Translations under genes and position numbers: made by a program
Assembly: GCA_039545335.1 (NCBI GenBank)
Contig: BCIN01000006.1
Coordinates: forward strand, 1,178,001 to 1,242,000
Source: Kondoa subrosea
Taxonomy: Eukaryota
DNA length: 64,000 nt
Direction of reading: 5' to 3'
The notes under the pieces: generated by a model
Databases searched by the model: none
Told to the model about the DNA's origin: nothing
Seen by the model: only the letters and a program-made list of their open reading frames with translations
Part shown: positions 50,651 to 64,000 of the stretch, one piece after another
How positions within the stretch are numbered: the stretch's first letter is position 1
Layout: each line of letters begins with the position of its first letter

Positions 50651-52123
50651 TCAATCGCAATGAACGACACCATCCTGTCAGGGAGTGAGAATGCTGTGCA
50701 CGAGCGAGAAGAAAGAGACTTACTGAATGCGTATGGCATGAAGCGTTTGCCGATGCCGTAGGAGTAGCTCCCCCAGTTGTAGCTGCACCATCGCAGCCAT
50801 GCACCACACCTATTAGAGTATATGAGGTCTTGTGCAATGTACAGCTAAGAGGAACTTTACCGTCAGCATGAGTGTGACATGCACCAGCAGCTCCTGCGGC
50901 AGGAACTCCGGCTGAAGTCGGCGTAGCCAAGGCCGAAGAAGTTACAGGAAGGGTTGCAATAGCATCTGATTCGCTGATTACGCAACCTTCATTTGGATTA
51001 GCGATGTCCCGAGCGTAAGCATCAATAGAGTAGTACTGAGTAACATGATTGAGTGAAGATGAACCAATTGTATGAAAAACGACATACGGCGAAAGTATAC
51101 TGGTTGAAAGCAGCTTGAGTATTGTTTGTGGCAGCAAGCTCCAGAACTGCTGCGTAGGAATCGGCAACGTGACCAACAGTCTCGAACTACGCCAAGATAG
51201 TCAGAGATTATGTTTCAGCTTATTTGTGCAAGCCCATACGAAGATGCTCGGGATGTGAGTCATGCGATCTGAATTATGGAATAAGCAAAGAAGATCGGAG
51301 CAGAACGAGTACATACGCATGAGATCGGTAGCGACCCAGCTGGCAACTGGAGCCACACCCTGAGACCCATTGATGAGCCTCACACTGTGCTGGATAGTAT
51401 AAGACTCACTATAGTGTTGCCATCCTTGCAAAGATTCTCGAGCGACCAGCGTACATGGTAGGTAGGCTCGCAGATGACAGTCTCTAAAGTGCCATTCTCG
51501 CCCCTCCAGTGCCCAGACCAAGGGCCAGCAGCTGTGACTTCATTGCCTGCCGTCATTAATCAGAACTGGGCTTGAATTTAGAGGGAGCGGAACACACAGT
51601 TGCCATCTGGGTTATCACAGCGAAGCAAGACACCAGTTTTGTCACCGTACATCAGTTGGGACTAAGCTTTAGGTCAGAAGTTACAAAGCAAAGTTGGACA
51701 GGAGCCGACGTACGTAATAGCCAACGACGGCGCTCGCAGGCGCGGCACCGAAATACTTAATGTACATAGGATCATAGGCACCAAGACGCAACACTCGATC
51801 AGCAGCGTGTCTTGCTATAGCTTTCATTTGATCCAAACCTATTATAAGTGTCACCTACAGCTCAAAGACAGAAGGCAACAACGCTACCATCGGCAAGGAA
51901 AGCTCTCTGAGTAGCATTGCACGAAGAGCTACGCATCTCTTCAGCATATGCAGGACATTTGACAGAAGAAAGGCACTCACTGAATCTCAATCTGCTGTGT
52001 GAACTCAGTGGAATTCCATGCAGAAGCGCTAGTAGTCGCTTGACGGGCAAAAAGACCAGTAGGACGAGGTGCAGCGGCAACAGTGCCGAGCAAGAGAAGA
52101 GACGTAGTGATTTGGCTGAGCAT
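50651..52123 (-). CDS. PRA1: Secreted zincophore, Pra1/Aspf2 family
   Basis: Signal peptide; IHSSCNATQR, KYFG, GDKTGVLLRCDNPDGNC, WAGHWRGEN, ETVIC, DLMHRMTH; C-terminal CHTHADGVVHGC and CHTHSDGVVHC. Confidence 0.92.
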
Positions 52124-52196
52124 AATAGTGTATGCAGAGGGAATAGATGAGAGCGAAAGTCATGACTTTTCGCTTTATCATTGAAAGTTGAAGAGT

Positions 52197-52207
52197 ACCT
52201 TGACGGT
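52197..52207. promoter_or_regulatory. Candidate zinc-responsive element
   Basis: ACCTTGACGGT, one mismatch from the Zap1 ZRE consensus ACCTTNAAGGT, in the 399-bp PRA1-ZRT1 divergent intergenic region. Confidence 0.55.
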
Positions 52208-52522
52208 CCTCAACTACAGCTCGGAAAGTTCGCGGTGCGCGCATGCCACGTTGATGTTAGCACGCCAAGGCTAATAAAATTTTGCTTTCGCGGGGTGATG
52301 GAACAAATATCGAGAAATGATTGGATAGCAGAGAAATTGTAGCGCATATCGAAGCAGACCAGTACCTCCGGAAGCAGTCATTATCTTTGCCAGTCAGACT
52401 TTGTCTCGATATACACAGCTGTGAATTTGCCAAGATGAGAACCCATAGTGAACCGGTAAACAGTAGTTATGAGGCTAGAGGTGTACAAATTTGCATGTGT
52501 AGACTCTTGCAGGGCATCCAAC

Positions 52523-54628
52523 ATGAAGACCGTTCAAGCACTTTCGATCGCATTGTTTTCTGCTGGATTTGCAACTGCAAGACCTTCTTTTGGTACGGTG
52601 ATCAAGAGACAATCATCCAGTGTGACGAAAGAAGGATGCGTAGCAGAAGGAACTGGTAAGCAATGCGATCAACTCGAGGCAGAGAGTTAGCTAAAGCTGG
52701 CAGTGGCAGATCGTTATGATTGTAGTGGAAGTGCGGATGGAGGATTCTGCGAGCTCTATCAAGGGAGCTGTAAGGCGTTTCGCATCACAATGCGACTATA
52801 GGCTGATAGAGATGTGAAGGGGAGTGCTTTGACCAGAATAACAATCGCCAGGTCATTTTGGGTCAAGCCTTGCATTTCGCCAATTGATGAGTGCCACTAG
52901 AATCCGGATGGAAGCGCAGTAGCAGCTCCCGTGACCAAGGAGGGCTGCGTCGCACACGCAGATCACTACGATTGCACCGAGTGAGTTTGTCTATGATGAG
53001 ACTGATTACATAAGCTGACTTTCTTTTCTGCAGCGGCGGCTATTGCGAGCAAGAGGCAGATGGAGCATGGTTCTGCTACGATGCGCAAAGTAACAAGCAG
53101 AATCCAGATGGGACTGCCTTATCAAGTAGCTCTGGCGAAAGTTCGGAGACGGAATTATCAGGCGATACTTGCGTCGTACATGGAGGTCATACTCATGGTG
53201 ATTGCTCTAACTCGTGTGAAGGCCTGGACACCGGTGTTTACGATCAGAGACTTCATATCGGGTCTATCTTTGTGAGTATCACTTCACAATGTCGTCTTGC
53301 TCGCTGATTCGCGTCTATTAGATCCTGCTGGTCGTCTCAATCTTAGGTAGTTATGAACCCAAGTCGGCTGACTGTATGCTGAATGAATGTCGTCTCAGGC
53401 GTGGGTCTGCCACTGGTTCTAAGTAGCAAGCTCGCTTCGCCGGCTTTCTCTCTCTTCTTCTTTGTCACACGGCACTTTGGAACAGGAATCATCATTTCAG
53501 TCGTAAGCTTGTCATTCATTCTGACGGGAACGAACTCCATGACTCGGCTAGGCATTTGTTCATCTCCTCTACCATGCTTTCGTCATGTTTGCGAACGAAT
53601 GTACGTCTTGGCTTGCTCCCCTGATTTACTACCGTGGCTGATCCTTCGATTCAGGTTTGGGAGACAAAGCATTTGAACCCATAGCTCCTTCGATAGCGTT
53701 GGGTAGCGCTATCTTCACATTGTAAGTCGCCCATAGTTTGTATGCATTCATCTCTGATGTTCAGGCAAAGTCTGGTCGATTTCTTTGCAATGAGATGGAT
53801 TTCTACTCGAAACGGAGCGCATAGTCCAGCATTGTCAGATGAATCCGTCAACCCGGTAGAGAAAGGCATCACTCACAGCCACGCTCATGGATTGGCCAAA
53901 CGCAACTTCGCAACGGACTACTCGTCAGATCAAGCTCATTTCGACGTCTATTTGCTCGAAGCGGGTATCATTTTCCATAGCATCATGATCGGCGTCAGTT
54001 TGGGCGCAACGGGAGGTAGCGAATGGGTTCCTCTCCTCTGCGCAATCGTTTTCCATCAATTCTTTGAGGTAAGTGGTCCCGCTGCATGAAATTGCTATCG
54101 TGCTAAACATGTGCTAGGGTCTCGCGCTAGGATCTAGAGTCAGTTTATTGATCTTCAAGCAGAATGGAAATCTGCGCAAGCTACTTATGGCCACTGCTTT
54201 CTCTGTCGGTCTTTCATCCTAATGTATCGCTTCGTGCTAAAGTAGCCTTACAGGTCATTACACCTATCGGTATTGCAATTGGTGTAGCCGTTCACTCTTC
54301 CTATAATGTCAACGGGCGATCTGCACTCATCTCTATCGGAATTCTCGATTCGATCTCTGCTGGTATTCTGCTCTATGTTGTAAGCGCACCGTTGTCGTCG
54401 AAAAATTGACCTAGCCTGACACAGAGGTCTTAAGGGTCTTGTCGAACTTCTGGCTCATGATTGGCTACATGGAGAATTGGCTGTAGCCGAAAAAAGTCAA
54501 GTTTTCATCGCAATTGTGTCACTTTTCCTGTAAGTCTTGTTGTCAATGGTACTCCTACAGTGAATTGACACTTCTGGCTTGCTTACAGTGGCTTGTTTGC
54601 CATGACTCTCATCGGAAAATGGGCTTAG
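52523..54628 (+). CDS. ZRT1: ZIP-family zinc transporter with long extracellular N-terminus
   Basis: Signal peptide; [14 protein letters not shown] loop, [40 protein letters not shown]. Confidence 0.95.
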
Positions 54629-54871
54629 TCATCAGAAACATGAAGGAGGACATGATCATCATCAGCTGTAAGGTGAAATGAGGATACGGAATAGATAAAA
54701 GTGTACATACGAACAACGTGCATGGTTATGCTATAGACCTAGTTGCCAGAGCATTGACCTAGATGGTTTGATGCTAGGCTTATACAATTCCTGATTTGTC
54801 TTGTCTTGTACCAACTTATCGCATTATTGCTCTGGCTTTCTCAAGTCGAAACCCAACAAAATTCAGCAATT

Positions 54872-56192
54872 ATGTCTGGCTCGACTACTGGAGGCTGCCT
54901 CTGCGGCGCGAACACGTACAGAATTTCAAAAGCGATAACACAAGGACGAGACGCAAGACACTGTCATTGCTCTGTATGCCGTCGGTGGACCGGTAGCTGT
55001 GTCTATTCTGCAATTGACTTCTCTATCGATGACTTTTCCCTATCTTCCAGCCAAGACCCCCGGCGACAATACTCTTTCAAAGATTTGCCTAATACTCTGA
55101 ACCTCTTTCATCGGAATGACGATTACCGAATCTCTTGCAGCATATGCGGCTCGTCTCTGTTCATCTGGTATCAACCTAACGATACGATCAATGTGATGCC
55201 TGGAACATTGGACGAGTGACCATCCTTTGCGCGAGACGTCTTTCCTAGCTTACTACTTTCTCTTCTTCAGACAATACCTACGCGATTTCCGCATTACGAT
55301 GCAGATCTTCTGCGAGAACGCTTTGGAGCACATTCCCATTGGGCCGAGAGAAGGTATTCCTCTGTACCAGCAGTCGGAGTACGTAGTGAAGTACACTGAA
55401 CGCAAGACGAAAGAGCTCATGCTTGTAACAGTGATTCAGAAGTGTCGAATTCTGTCAGCAAGTCCCGCGCCCCCAGCGAGACAGAAGTGTCTGGGTCATG
55501 TGTCTGTGGTGCTGTCCAATATTGTGTACCCAACAAGACTCTAGCAGACGGGAAAGATGTGGCCCATTGTCATTGCACTCAGTCAGTGCGAGCAGTATAA
55601 ATGCTAGATCATCCTGAAATTGTTGGGCCGCAGGTGTCGGAAATGGACAGGTAAGCTCGAACATATCATCGTTCTTCATTCTGACACTCACGATTCAGGT
55701 GCCCTGGCTTTGACTGTTGTGTCATATAAAAAGACCAATCTCCAATTCCGCACTCAAAATGGTCAAAATGCTGATTTCGAGACTTTCGCTTCTGCTTCCT
55801 TGCTGTCATATCAAAGCAGTCTGGATCACAGCAGGATGAGCTGTAAGGAATGTGGGAGCTGGGGTGTTCTGCTTGTTCTTAAGGTTTACTATTGCTGACT
55901 CTCGATGTCAACAGCATGTTCTGGCTTGATGCAACAACTAATAATGGTACGTTGACTTCCACCTGTTTAACTAGTCAGCTGAATATCAGGTAGTCGATTT
56001 ATTGGTCGGCTGTCTAAAAGATTTGACTGGTCTTCGGGTCGAAAAGGCAATGTAAGCTTCGCGCTTACTGATGACATGTATGCAGCTGAAGCGGTGTACA
56101 GATTCTGCGCCAAGGCTCTGCCTCAAATCACCTTTGGTCCGTTAGACGTACCTCAACTGCCAGGAGCAAGTGAAGGACCCCGAGGACAATGA
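54872..56192 (+). CDS. Tandem GFA/Mss4-like (CENP-V) domain protein
   Basis: GGCLCG..HCHCSVCRRWTG..CSICGSSLF; second copy GSCVCGAVQY..HCHC..CRKWTG..CKECGS. Confidence 0.85.
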
Positions 56193-56490
56193 CGGGACGA
56201 ATGTCGATGCTGTCTCGACGCGTTTATGATATATTTAAATGCCATCGACATGCGGATTTTGTGGTTCCTGTTCCCGCTCAAAGTTCCGACTTCATTGATT
56301 TGTCATTTTTCGTCGAGGTTTGGTTGTTTCGAAACAGCCATGAGCTGCTAGTAGTCAAAATACCTGATACTAGATGCCCACAGCTTTTGGTATACCTCTT
56401 CACGACCTCCACAAGCCTGCGCGCACTCGACATTCCTTCGGTTTACTACAGTAGACTATCTCTGAGCGGATTCAAAGAGGAGTCGCAAGA

Positions 56491-58228
56491 ATGGCAAGAT
56501 GGTCTCTCAGATCAGTGGTGCTACTTTTCATAGTGAGCAGGATCACATCTCTGTAGCCTTCCTTACATTGGTCTGAATCCGTATATCTAGTCCGTTATGC
56601 TCCTCTTTATGAGTCTCTCTTCCCTGTCTCGCTTTCACACTATGCCACGCCAGAAGCAGCTGGACGATATTCGAGCCTGGCGACCGTCAAAGCCAGATTG
56701 GCTTCCAGCATTAGGGTTTCAAGCTGAAAGTAGCAATAGTACAAAAGCAAAAGGACCGAGGAAAGCCATAACTCAAGGATTTGGCAGTATATCGGATCCG
56801 GACAATCCGTTTAGAGAAAGGTTCCTCGTCCCTTTGGTTGCTTGTAATGAGCAAGAAACATCTTCTCAAGTGAGTTAGCTCTATATCAGTCTTTGTCCGT
56901 TCTGATAATATGATCGCAGCGGCACATCAGAAGTCTGCTACATATGGCAGGAAATCTGGAGAGAACTTTGGTTCTCCCGAACTGGGGTACTGGATTACCT
57001 CAACTATCACCAAAACAGAAATATAGCTTCGATCAAATTTACGATGTGGAACCTGCAAATGGAGTCGGAATGTGGAACGTTCCTTATCCAGTCTTTGAGC
57101 GGTACGCAAAGCACGAAGACCAGGGCAATCGTCTAACAGCAAGGTATGTTGAGGATAGTCTCGGTTAGAACTCCTTCTCAGAGTCAGACAGATTGAGCAC
57201 AGTCTTCTGGAGGAAGGATGGAGCTTATGCTGGCGAACTAATGAGGAAGAGCGATGAGGAGGTGTTGAATCAACGCGGTGTTGCAGCGGAGTCGTTCGAT
57301 TTGGTTGGACCTGCTATCTACGTGCCCACGCAGTTGCATGACGATCTTTCCAGAGTGGTGCAAGCGCTAGAAGGATCACAAGATGTGGACGTTCTTTTCA
57401 TGATTTACACGCACGCTTCAACCTTACGCAATCCTGGATTTGTTGATTCTCAATTACAACGAAGACCACTTTGGGGCCTGTGGGCCGGCATACCGTTCCC
57501 TTGTACGTTATCCTACCTGAACTGACAAATAGGGCGCTAAATAATTATCACAGACTGGAACTATTCTCAACCTGTACATGACATTTTCGACAATGCTCGA
57601 TCGAGATTACCAAAGCGATATGCTGCTCTACAATGGAGAATGGAGCTCGTTCCGCCTGAAACGTTGGACAAGTGTTCAGAAATGTTTGCCAAAGCAGTGA
57701 TTGATGGCTGTCAAGCGAAAGACATTCAAAGCGTCTACGTTGCTACCGATATGCCTATGCCTGGCGATAAAAGAGCAAAATCCGCTTCATTCAATGCTCC
57801 AGAAGTAGCTCAAGCTATAAATGCGCTCACACATCTTCTTACGCGACTAAAATTGGAAGGCCTAAAGATCGTAACCTGGAACGATATTCGTCCAAAGGAA
57901 GGCAAAGAGAACGGATTTATTCCTGATTTGGCGGATGATGCGAGCGGAGTGTTTGACAAGCTTGTACTGGGAATGAGCGACTGGCTCTTTGCTGCAAATC
58001 CTCGCTGTGGATTCAAGTCTTCGTTTGTTGGAAGTTTGCAAACCGTTAGGCAGTCGGTTTTCGTTTCTCCTTAATTTGAAGAAAAGGCTGATCTGACATC
58101 ACAGAGATCGTATTGGAGATCCAAAAGAAACTGATTGGAACAAGCTTGGAATGACTTGGATTGGTCGAACGATAGCGGAGCCTTTCTGGTGGGATGTAGA
58201 GCCAGATACAGCGGCAGATTTAGAGTAG
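56491..58228 (+). CDS. Type II membrane O-fucosyltransferase-like glycosyltransferase
   Basis: N-terminal TM; NEQET, LERTLVLPN, YAALQWRME, VYVATD, DKLVL..CGFKSSF; start approximate. Confidence 0.7.
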
Positions 58229-58440
58229 TGCAAAGGACAATTGATTGGAAGTATCTTGGGTTACCTGGCTTTGGGGTGTTGTTCATTTTCATCATTGGCA
58301 TCATTGGCATTGTACATAGTATCTAGAGATTGATGCATTAGATGGTAGACGAAGTGTCCTTTGGCTATTCCGCTTCACATTCCTTTTTGTTTGTTGTTTT
58401 TCCCAATCCAAGTCATGTATGGTTCGGATGCGGCGCTACA

Positions 58441-60019
58441 ATGACAAATGTCCATAGATCAGCTCAAGACAAGCCTGTCCTATATCCCTTGGAGGCTCAT
58501 CCCCAGTCTAAAAGCGCAAATTTCTCAAAGTCCCATTTGGTCAGCGTAGCTTTAGGCTTCCTCTGTGCCGCGCTGCTATTGTCAACAAGTCTATCGACTA
58601 GTCTATCAAATCATGCGTCTTCTCTTGCTAATGCTGGTGAAACGCGAGTACGGTACTTGCTAAATGCGGCTAAGAAACCAACTCTTCATATCGTTGGTGA
58701 TTCTACGTGCGCTATCAACGGTATGTCATTCCGTCTTACTGTAGTAAGAGATCTCTGATACGAGAGCGCAGGCGTGAATATGGGTGGTTATACTAGTATG
58801 TACCCTTAGGACGTCACAGTATGCTGGCTTATGATGTTGCTCTGCAGGAGGCTGGTGTACGCTTCTCAATCATCTCATTTAAGCTATATTGAAGCACATG
58901 TTCAGGCGAATATGCCTGGCAATTTCTCAATGTACCAATCAACAACAAAGCGCTCAGCGGAAGGTTTGGTCTATGTCCATTGAAGATTAAGTACCGTATT
59001 CATTGTTTATATTAGATCTGCTCGAACATACACCACAGAGGGAGATTGGGATAGATTGAAACCGTTCATCAAGTGAGTTTAACAAATGTAAGGCAAATAG
59101 CAGGTGTTCACCACATCATTGCTAGGGCCGGAGATGTTGTTCTTATAGGTTAGTGACTTATAGAGTCAATAAACGACTGCAACCTTGCTGATTGATTTGA
59201 CATGATTGCTCAGAGCTTGGCCTAAACGACGAAGGCAATCCAGTAAGCACATTTGTATGCTAAATTATTGCCTACCGATGTCGTTGGCCAGGGTTTTGAT
59301 GCATTCCTCCGAAACGACCTGAGCAGCTGGGATTCTGAAGCTACAGTCGAAGTTATGAAATGGGATCAGCCCGAGACCGTTCACACCTATCAGTGGTCCG
59401 TCGCTAACATACCTCAGCCCTTCTAGATGTCATCTTCTGATTCTGTGTCAAGGTATGTCTCGAAATGGATCGCAGACATACGACAAGCCAAAGCGATACC
59501 GATCATCTCATCTTCCATCTCACTGAACCTATGGTCAGACGACCATCTCGAATTCACAGGCGCTCGATGGCTCTACCCGATTTTTGCTCGCAACACCGCA
59601 ACAGCTACAAACTCTACATTTGTCTCGCACAACTATGCTACGAAGATGTTATACCAGCAATTAGGGTACGCTAGGGTCCAAACTTTCTACCATGGAGGTG
59701 AGCAAGTTTTCTTCATTTATTACTGGATGCAGGTTGCAATCAAAAGGTTTACGTAGATATATTTCATCTATTGCCTGAAGCGGCTGAATTGGTCGCTGTC
59801 CAGTTCTTCCGAGCTTTCAAATGTGGTCCCAGTGAAGCTCTAGCTTTGCTGGAGCCTTACTTTACAGGTTCGGTAATGCGTTGAAGATGATTGGCCTTCA
59901 CTGATTCGCTGACATAGAGAGAGCACGGAACTTGGAACCACTGTGCGAGGTACGTCTTCTTTGCTGTGACATAGCTGTCTGCTAAACTCGCGATCAAACA
60001 GCCTGCGGAGTCAACTTAG
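58441..60019 (+). CDS. SGNH/GDSL esterase, rhamnogalacturonan acetylesterase-like
   Basis: IVGDST, NKALSGRSARTY, GDVVLIELGLND, DIFH (DxxH); N-terminal hydrophobic anchor; many small exons. Confidence 0.8.
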
Positions 60020-60219
60020 ACTAAGCGGGGCAAGACGAGACAAAGTACCTGTTTGTTTTCATGTAGGAGCATTTATAATGGGACTGTATATCTTCAATCT
60101 ATACCTGTACATCACTCTTCTGAATCAACCACCTTACCGATCAGCGGCGAAACCCTTGCACGATGGCTGCGGCAAAGGCGAGACTTAACTCCGTTCAGAA
60201 CCACCTTGCAACACCTAAC

Positions 60220-61963
60220 ATGGCTGGTGCGCTGCTCTTGCGCTGCTATTGAGATGCACGCGATGCTTAATGAGCGTGATTCGTTTTGATTCCAGGCATC
60301 TTCGACTCTGTTCAATTGGCACCCCTTGATGCTATTTTCCAGCTTACGGCTTCGTACAAGGCTGATACATACGATAACAAGGTCAATCTAGGTGTAGGCG
60401 CTTACAGGTCAGTCAATCGCAGCTGCCTATTCGTTTCACATGTTTGTCAATGCTGATTCGAAACCGTCATCACCAGAGATGACGATGGAAAGCCTTGGGT
60501 TCTGCCTGTAGTAAAGAAGGTGAGCTATGAGAAGAGGGCGGTAGAGTATGATATTGAGAATTATGCAGGCCAAAGATGTTATCGCCAATGATCCAAACAT
60601 CGATCATGAATATCTCTCAATCACTGGTTTAACCGACTTCACTTCCGCTGCTGCAAAGTTGATACTGGGAGGAGATTCACCAGCGATTAAGGAAAAGAGA
60701 GTAGCTTCTGCTCAAACTATTTCTGGAACTGGTGCAAATCATCTAGCTGGAGCTTTCCTAGCTAAACATTATGGACCATGGCAAGATGGATCAGTAGAAA
60801 AGACTATTTACTTATCCGATCCAACCTGGGCAAACCATAAATCCATCTTCGCTCAACTGGGTATCAAGACTGTCGACTATCCTTACTACGATAAGAAGAC
60901 TATCGGTCTGGATTTCGATGGATTCTACAAGACTCTTGAATCTGTACCTGAAAAATCTGTCTTTCTTCTACATGCCTGCGCCCATAACCCAACAGGAGTA
61001 GATCCAACAAGAGAACAATGGAAAAAGATCGCCGATCTTTTCATCAAACGAAAACTCTATGCTTTCTTCGATTGCGCTTACCAAGGTTTCGCTTCCGGTG
61101 ATTTGGATAACGATGGTTGGACAGTCCGGTACTTTGTAGAACAGAAAATTCCGTTATTGGTTTGCCAAAGTTTCGCCAAGAATGCCGGTTTGTACGGTGA
61201 AAGAATTGGAGCACTTCACGTGACTGGTAAAAATGAACATGAAGCAAAGAGCATCTTTTCGCAATTGAGTGTTCTGTCAAGATCGGAGATTTCTAATCCA
61301 CCTACTTTTGGTGCAAGAATTGTAACTCACTCCAGCCGAATTTACTTCAGGTGAATTGCTGATAAAGAACCACAGGTCTCTATGATTTTGAATGATCCCA
61401 AGATGTTCGAGTTATGGAAACAAGATATTCAGACGATGGCTCATCGAATTGTTTGTGCTTGTATTCTCTGCTGCGGGATCGTCATTTACAGACAAACAGA
61501 TCGATATGCGCAAGAGGTTGTATGAATTATTGACACAGAAGTACAAGACTCCTGGCAATTGGGATCATATTACTTCACAGATCGGCATGTGAGTCTTGAG
61601 CTGAAGCTTTCATGATTCAGCTGATGGGGTTGTCAAGGTTCTCTTTCACTGGGTAAGCTGATTGCGAATGCCGTTTCTGAGACTGTGCCTCATCGGATCA
61701 TTGCTGTTCGTTTACAGGTTGAATCGTTAGTCTTCCCAATATACGCTGATTAGACTCGCTAATGCTTGTGTGTAGCTGAACAAGTCAAGGCTCTCGTCGA
61801 ACGAGGTCACGTCTATATGACAGGGAATGGTCGTATCTCCATGGCCGGTCTGGTGAGTCTGCTTCGACCGATTCATGATCCACGCTAAGCCATTCCTCAG
61901 AACACAAAGAACATTGACTACTTCGCTGAATCGCTAGACAAGGCAGTTCGAGGTCAACTATAG
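60220..61963 (+). CDS. AAT2: Aspartate aminotransferase, cytosolic type
   Basis: KVNLGVGAYR, QTISGTGA, HACAHNPTGVD, DCAYQGFASG, SFAKNAGLYGERIG (PLP lysine), GRISMAG; no presequence. Confidence 0.96.
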
Positions 61964-62042
61964 CGCGTTAAGCGGGAGTATCAATTGTACATGGGGAATC
62001 TTGTTATTTTACAATGCATTGAATGCGACTTTATCTCATATG

Positions 62043-62931
62043 CTATCGATCTTTCTTGTTCTCAGTTGGCGCTTCTTCTAACTCTGCTAATCTGTCACTC
62101 TCTTCCTTCGCTGCTTCCTTCTGAGCCATTTCTAACTTGACCTCTCTTGCGAGTCTTTCTCGTTCAGCTCGTGCTTCCTGCAAGACCACTCAGTATTTAT
62201 CACAGCAGATCTAAGTCAGCCTACAGTAGACAAGCGATCATCTCGGATAGCCAACAGAGTCTGTTGTGTCCTCGCTTTCTCAGCCAGTTGCGCCGCTTTC
62301 CTATTCTTTTCCGCTTTCTCGCTCGCTTCCTTAATGACCATCGTCCGATTGATCAAAGTTTCGTTCGCCAATTTCAACTGATCCAATTGTTTCTTTGAAG
62401 GAGAAGAAGGGAAAACCATATGTTCTTCATAATTCTGAACTGATTTGGCCCAATAACATTTTAACAAAAGGTTCACAGCTCCTTGAACTTCAACAATCCT
62501 TCTCTTGATCTGTGCATTGCCTAATCGAATAGATCGTTTTTCAGGGATTGCTAAAGCGTTGGTAGTCAGGGTGATGAGTAAACCCAATGTATCCAAAGCT
62601 GTGGGACGAGGATTGCGACCTAAAATATCGTCGTCGATGATTTTGAGCTACGGCAGTCAAGCAGCATAGGCATGAGCAAACGGAGTTGCTGCTGAAGAGG
62701 CTCTCGACATACAAGAAGACGACGTTCGGCTGCTAGAGCTAGACGAGCTTGAGCTTGATCATTCGAACTCGAGGGTGCTGAAGAGCGGAGGAGGGCTGCT
62801 TCTGCTGCTCTATAGGGCCTGTCAGATATGGTCCATAGATAGTGAGAGAGAGCTTACGCGGATCTAGCTGGAGCTGTAGGTGATGCAGGGCCACCAATTG
62901 ACTGAGGGGAAGTTGGAACTTGGTCTTGCAT
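62043..62931 (-). CDS. PUB-domain-like protein with coiled-coil tail
   Basis: ALDTLGLLITL...KRSIRLGNAQIKRRIVEVQGAVNLL; exons splice from MQDQVPTSP. Confidence 0.6.
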
Positions 62932-63292
62932 CAGAGGATGAGATTCGTCCACGATTGATTGATTCACGTGCTAGAATACTGTTGCTGGGTATACGTGAGC
63001 TGTAAAGAGGTATCTTTTGACCAGGCTTCCCGTTGATGATCGATGACAAACAATTTGGGTCGATTCGCGAAGTGTAGTCTATCAATGTAGCGCTATTCCG
63101 TGCTCCTTCAGCCCACTCTCAGCGAGCTTCATGCGTGTAGTGCTCCTCTAAAGAACGTTTGATACAGCGTAACCTCATGGAAGTAAACCTAGACCTCAGC
63201 TACCTACTTTCTTGCTGTAACACATTGTCACAGAGCGGAGGCGACAGACAGAGAGCGCAATGAAAGATGTAGACAAAAATGATGAAAATGCA

Positions 63293-64000
<708 letters not shown>

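Overview
Eukaryotic, compact, intron-rich DNA (short ~40-70 nt GT-AG introns, occasional GC-AG, several micro-exons), consistent with a fungus and probably a basidiomycete (inference from gene content and intron style). About 30 genes could be read by manual splicing; exon boundaries are hand-derived and some termini are approximate. The flanks carry mostly ordinary genes: T5orf172-type protein, RING E3, DYRK kinase, Elongin A, DHDPS-like aldolase, MATH-BTB, ELP3, AIR1/2, MFS, MOT1, DOMON protein, UFD1, GFA, O-FucT-like, SGNH esterase, AAT, PUB protein and RPT1. Two regions stand out. (1) A ~16.5 kb accessory island (~21.9-38.4 kb) interleaves apparently intact, divergent genes with broken, intron-retaining fragments of housekeeping genes. 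The divergent genes are an atypical kinase, orphans, a putative GIY-YIG + MUG/UDG-like fusion, a Set9-like SET protein and a KDM3-like JmjC protein; the fragments derive from CDC27, CMS1, ATP11 and the neighbouring MOT1 plus its promoter. No transposase or terminal repeats were found. (2) A divergent PRA1-ZRT1 zincophore locus with a ZRE-like site, a doubled Pra1 C-terminal zinc motif and a duplicated Cys-rich module in the transporter N-terminus.
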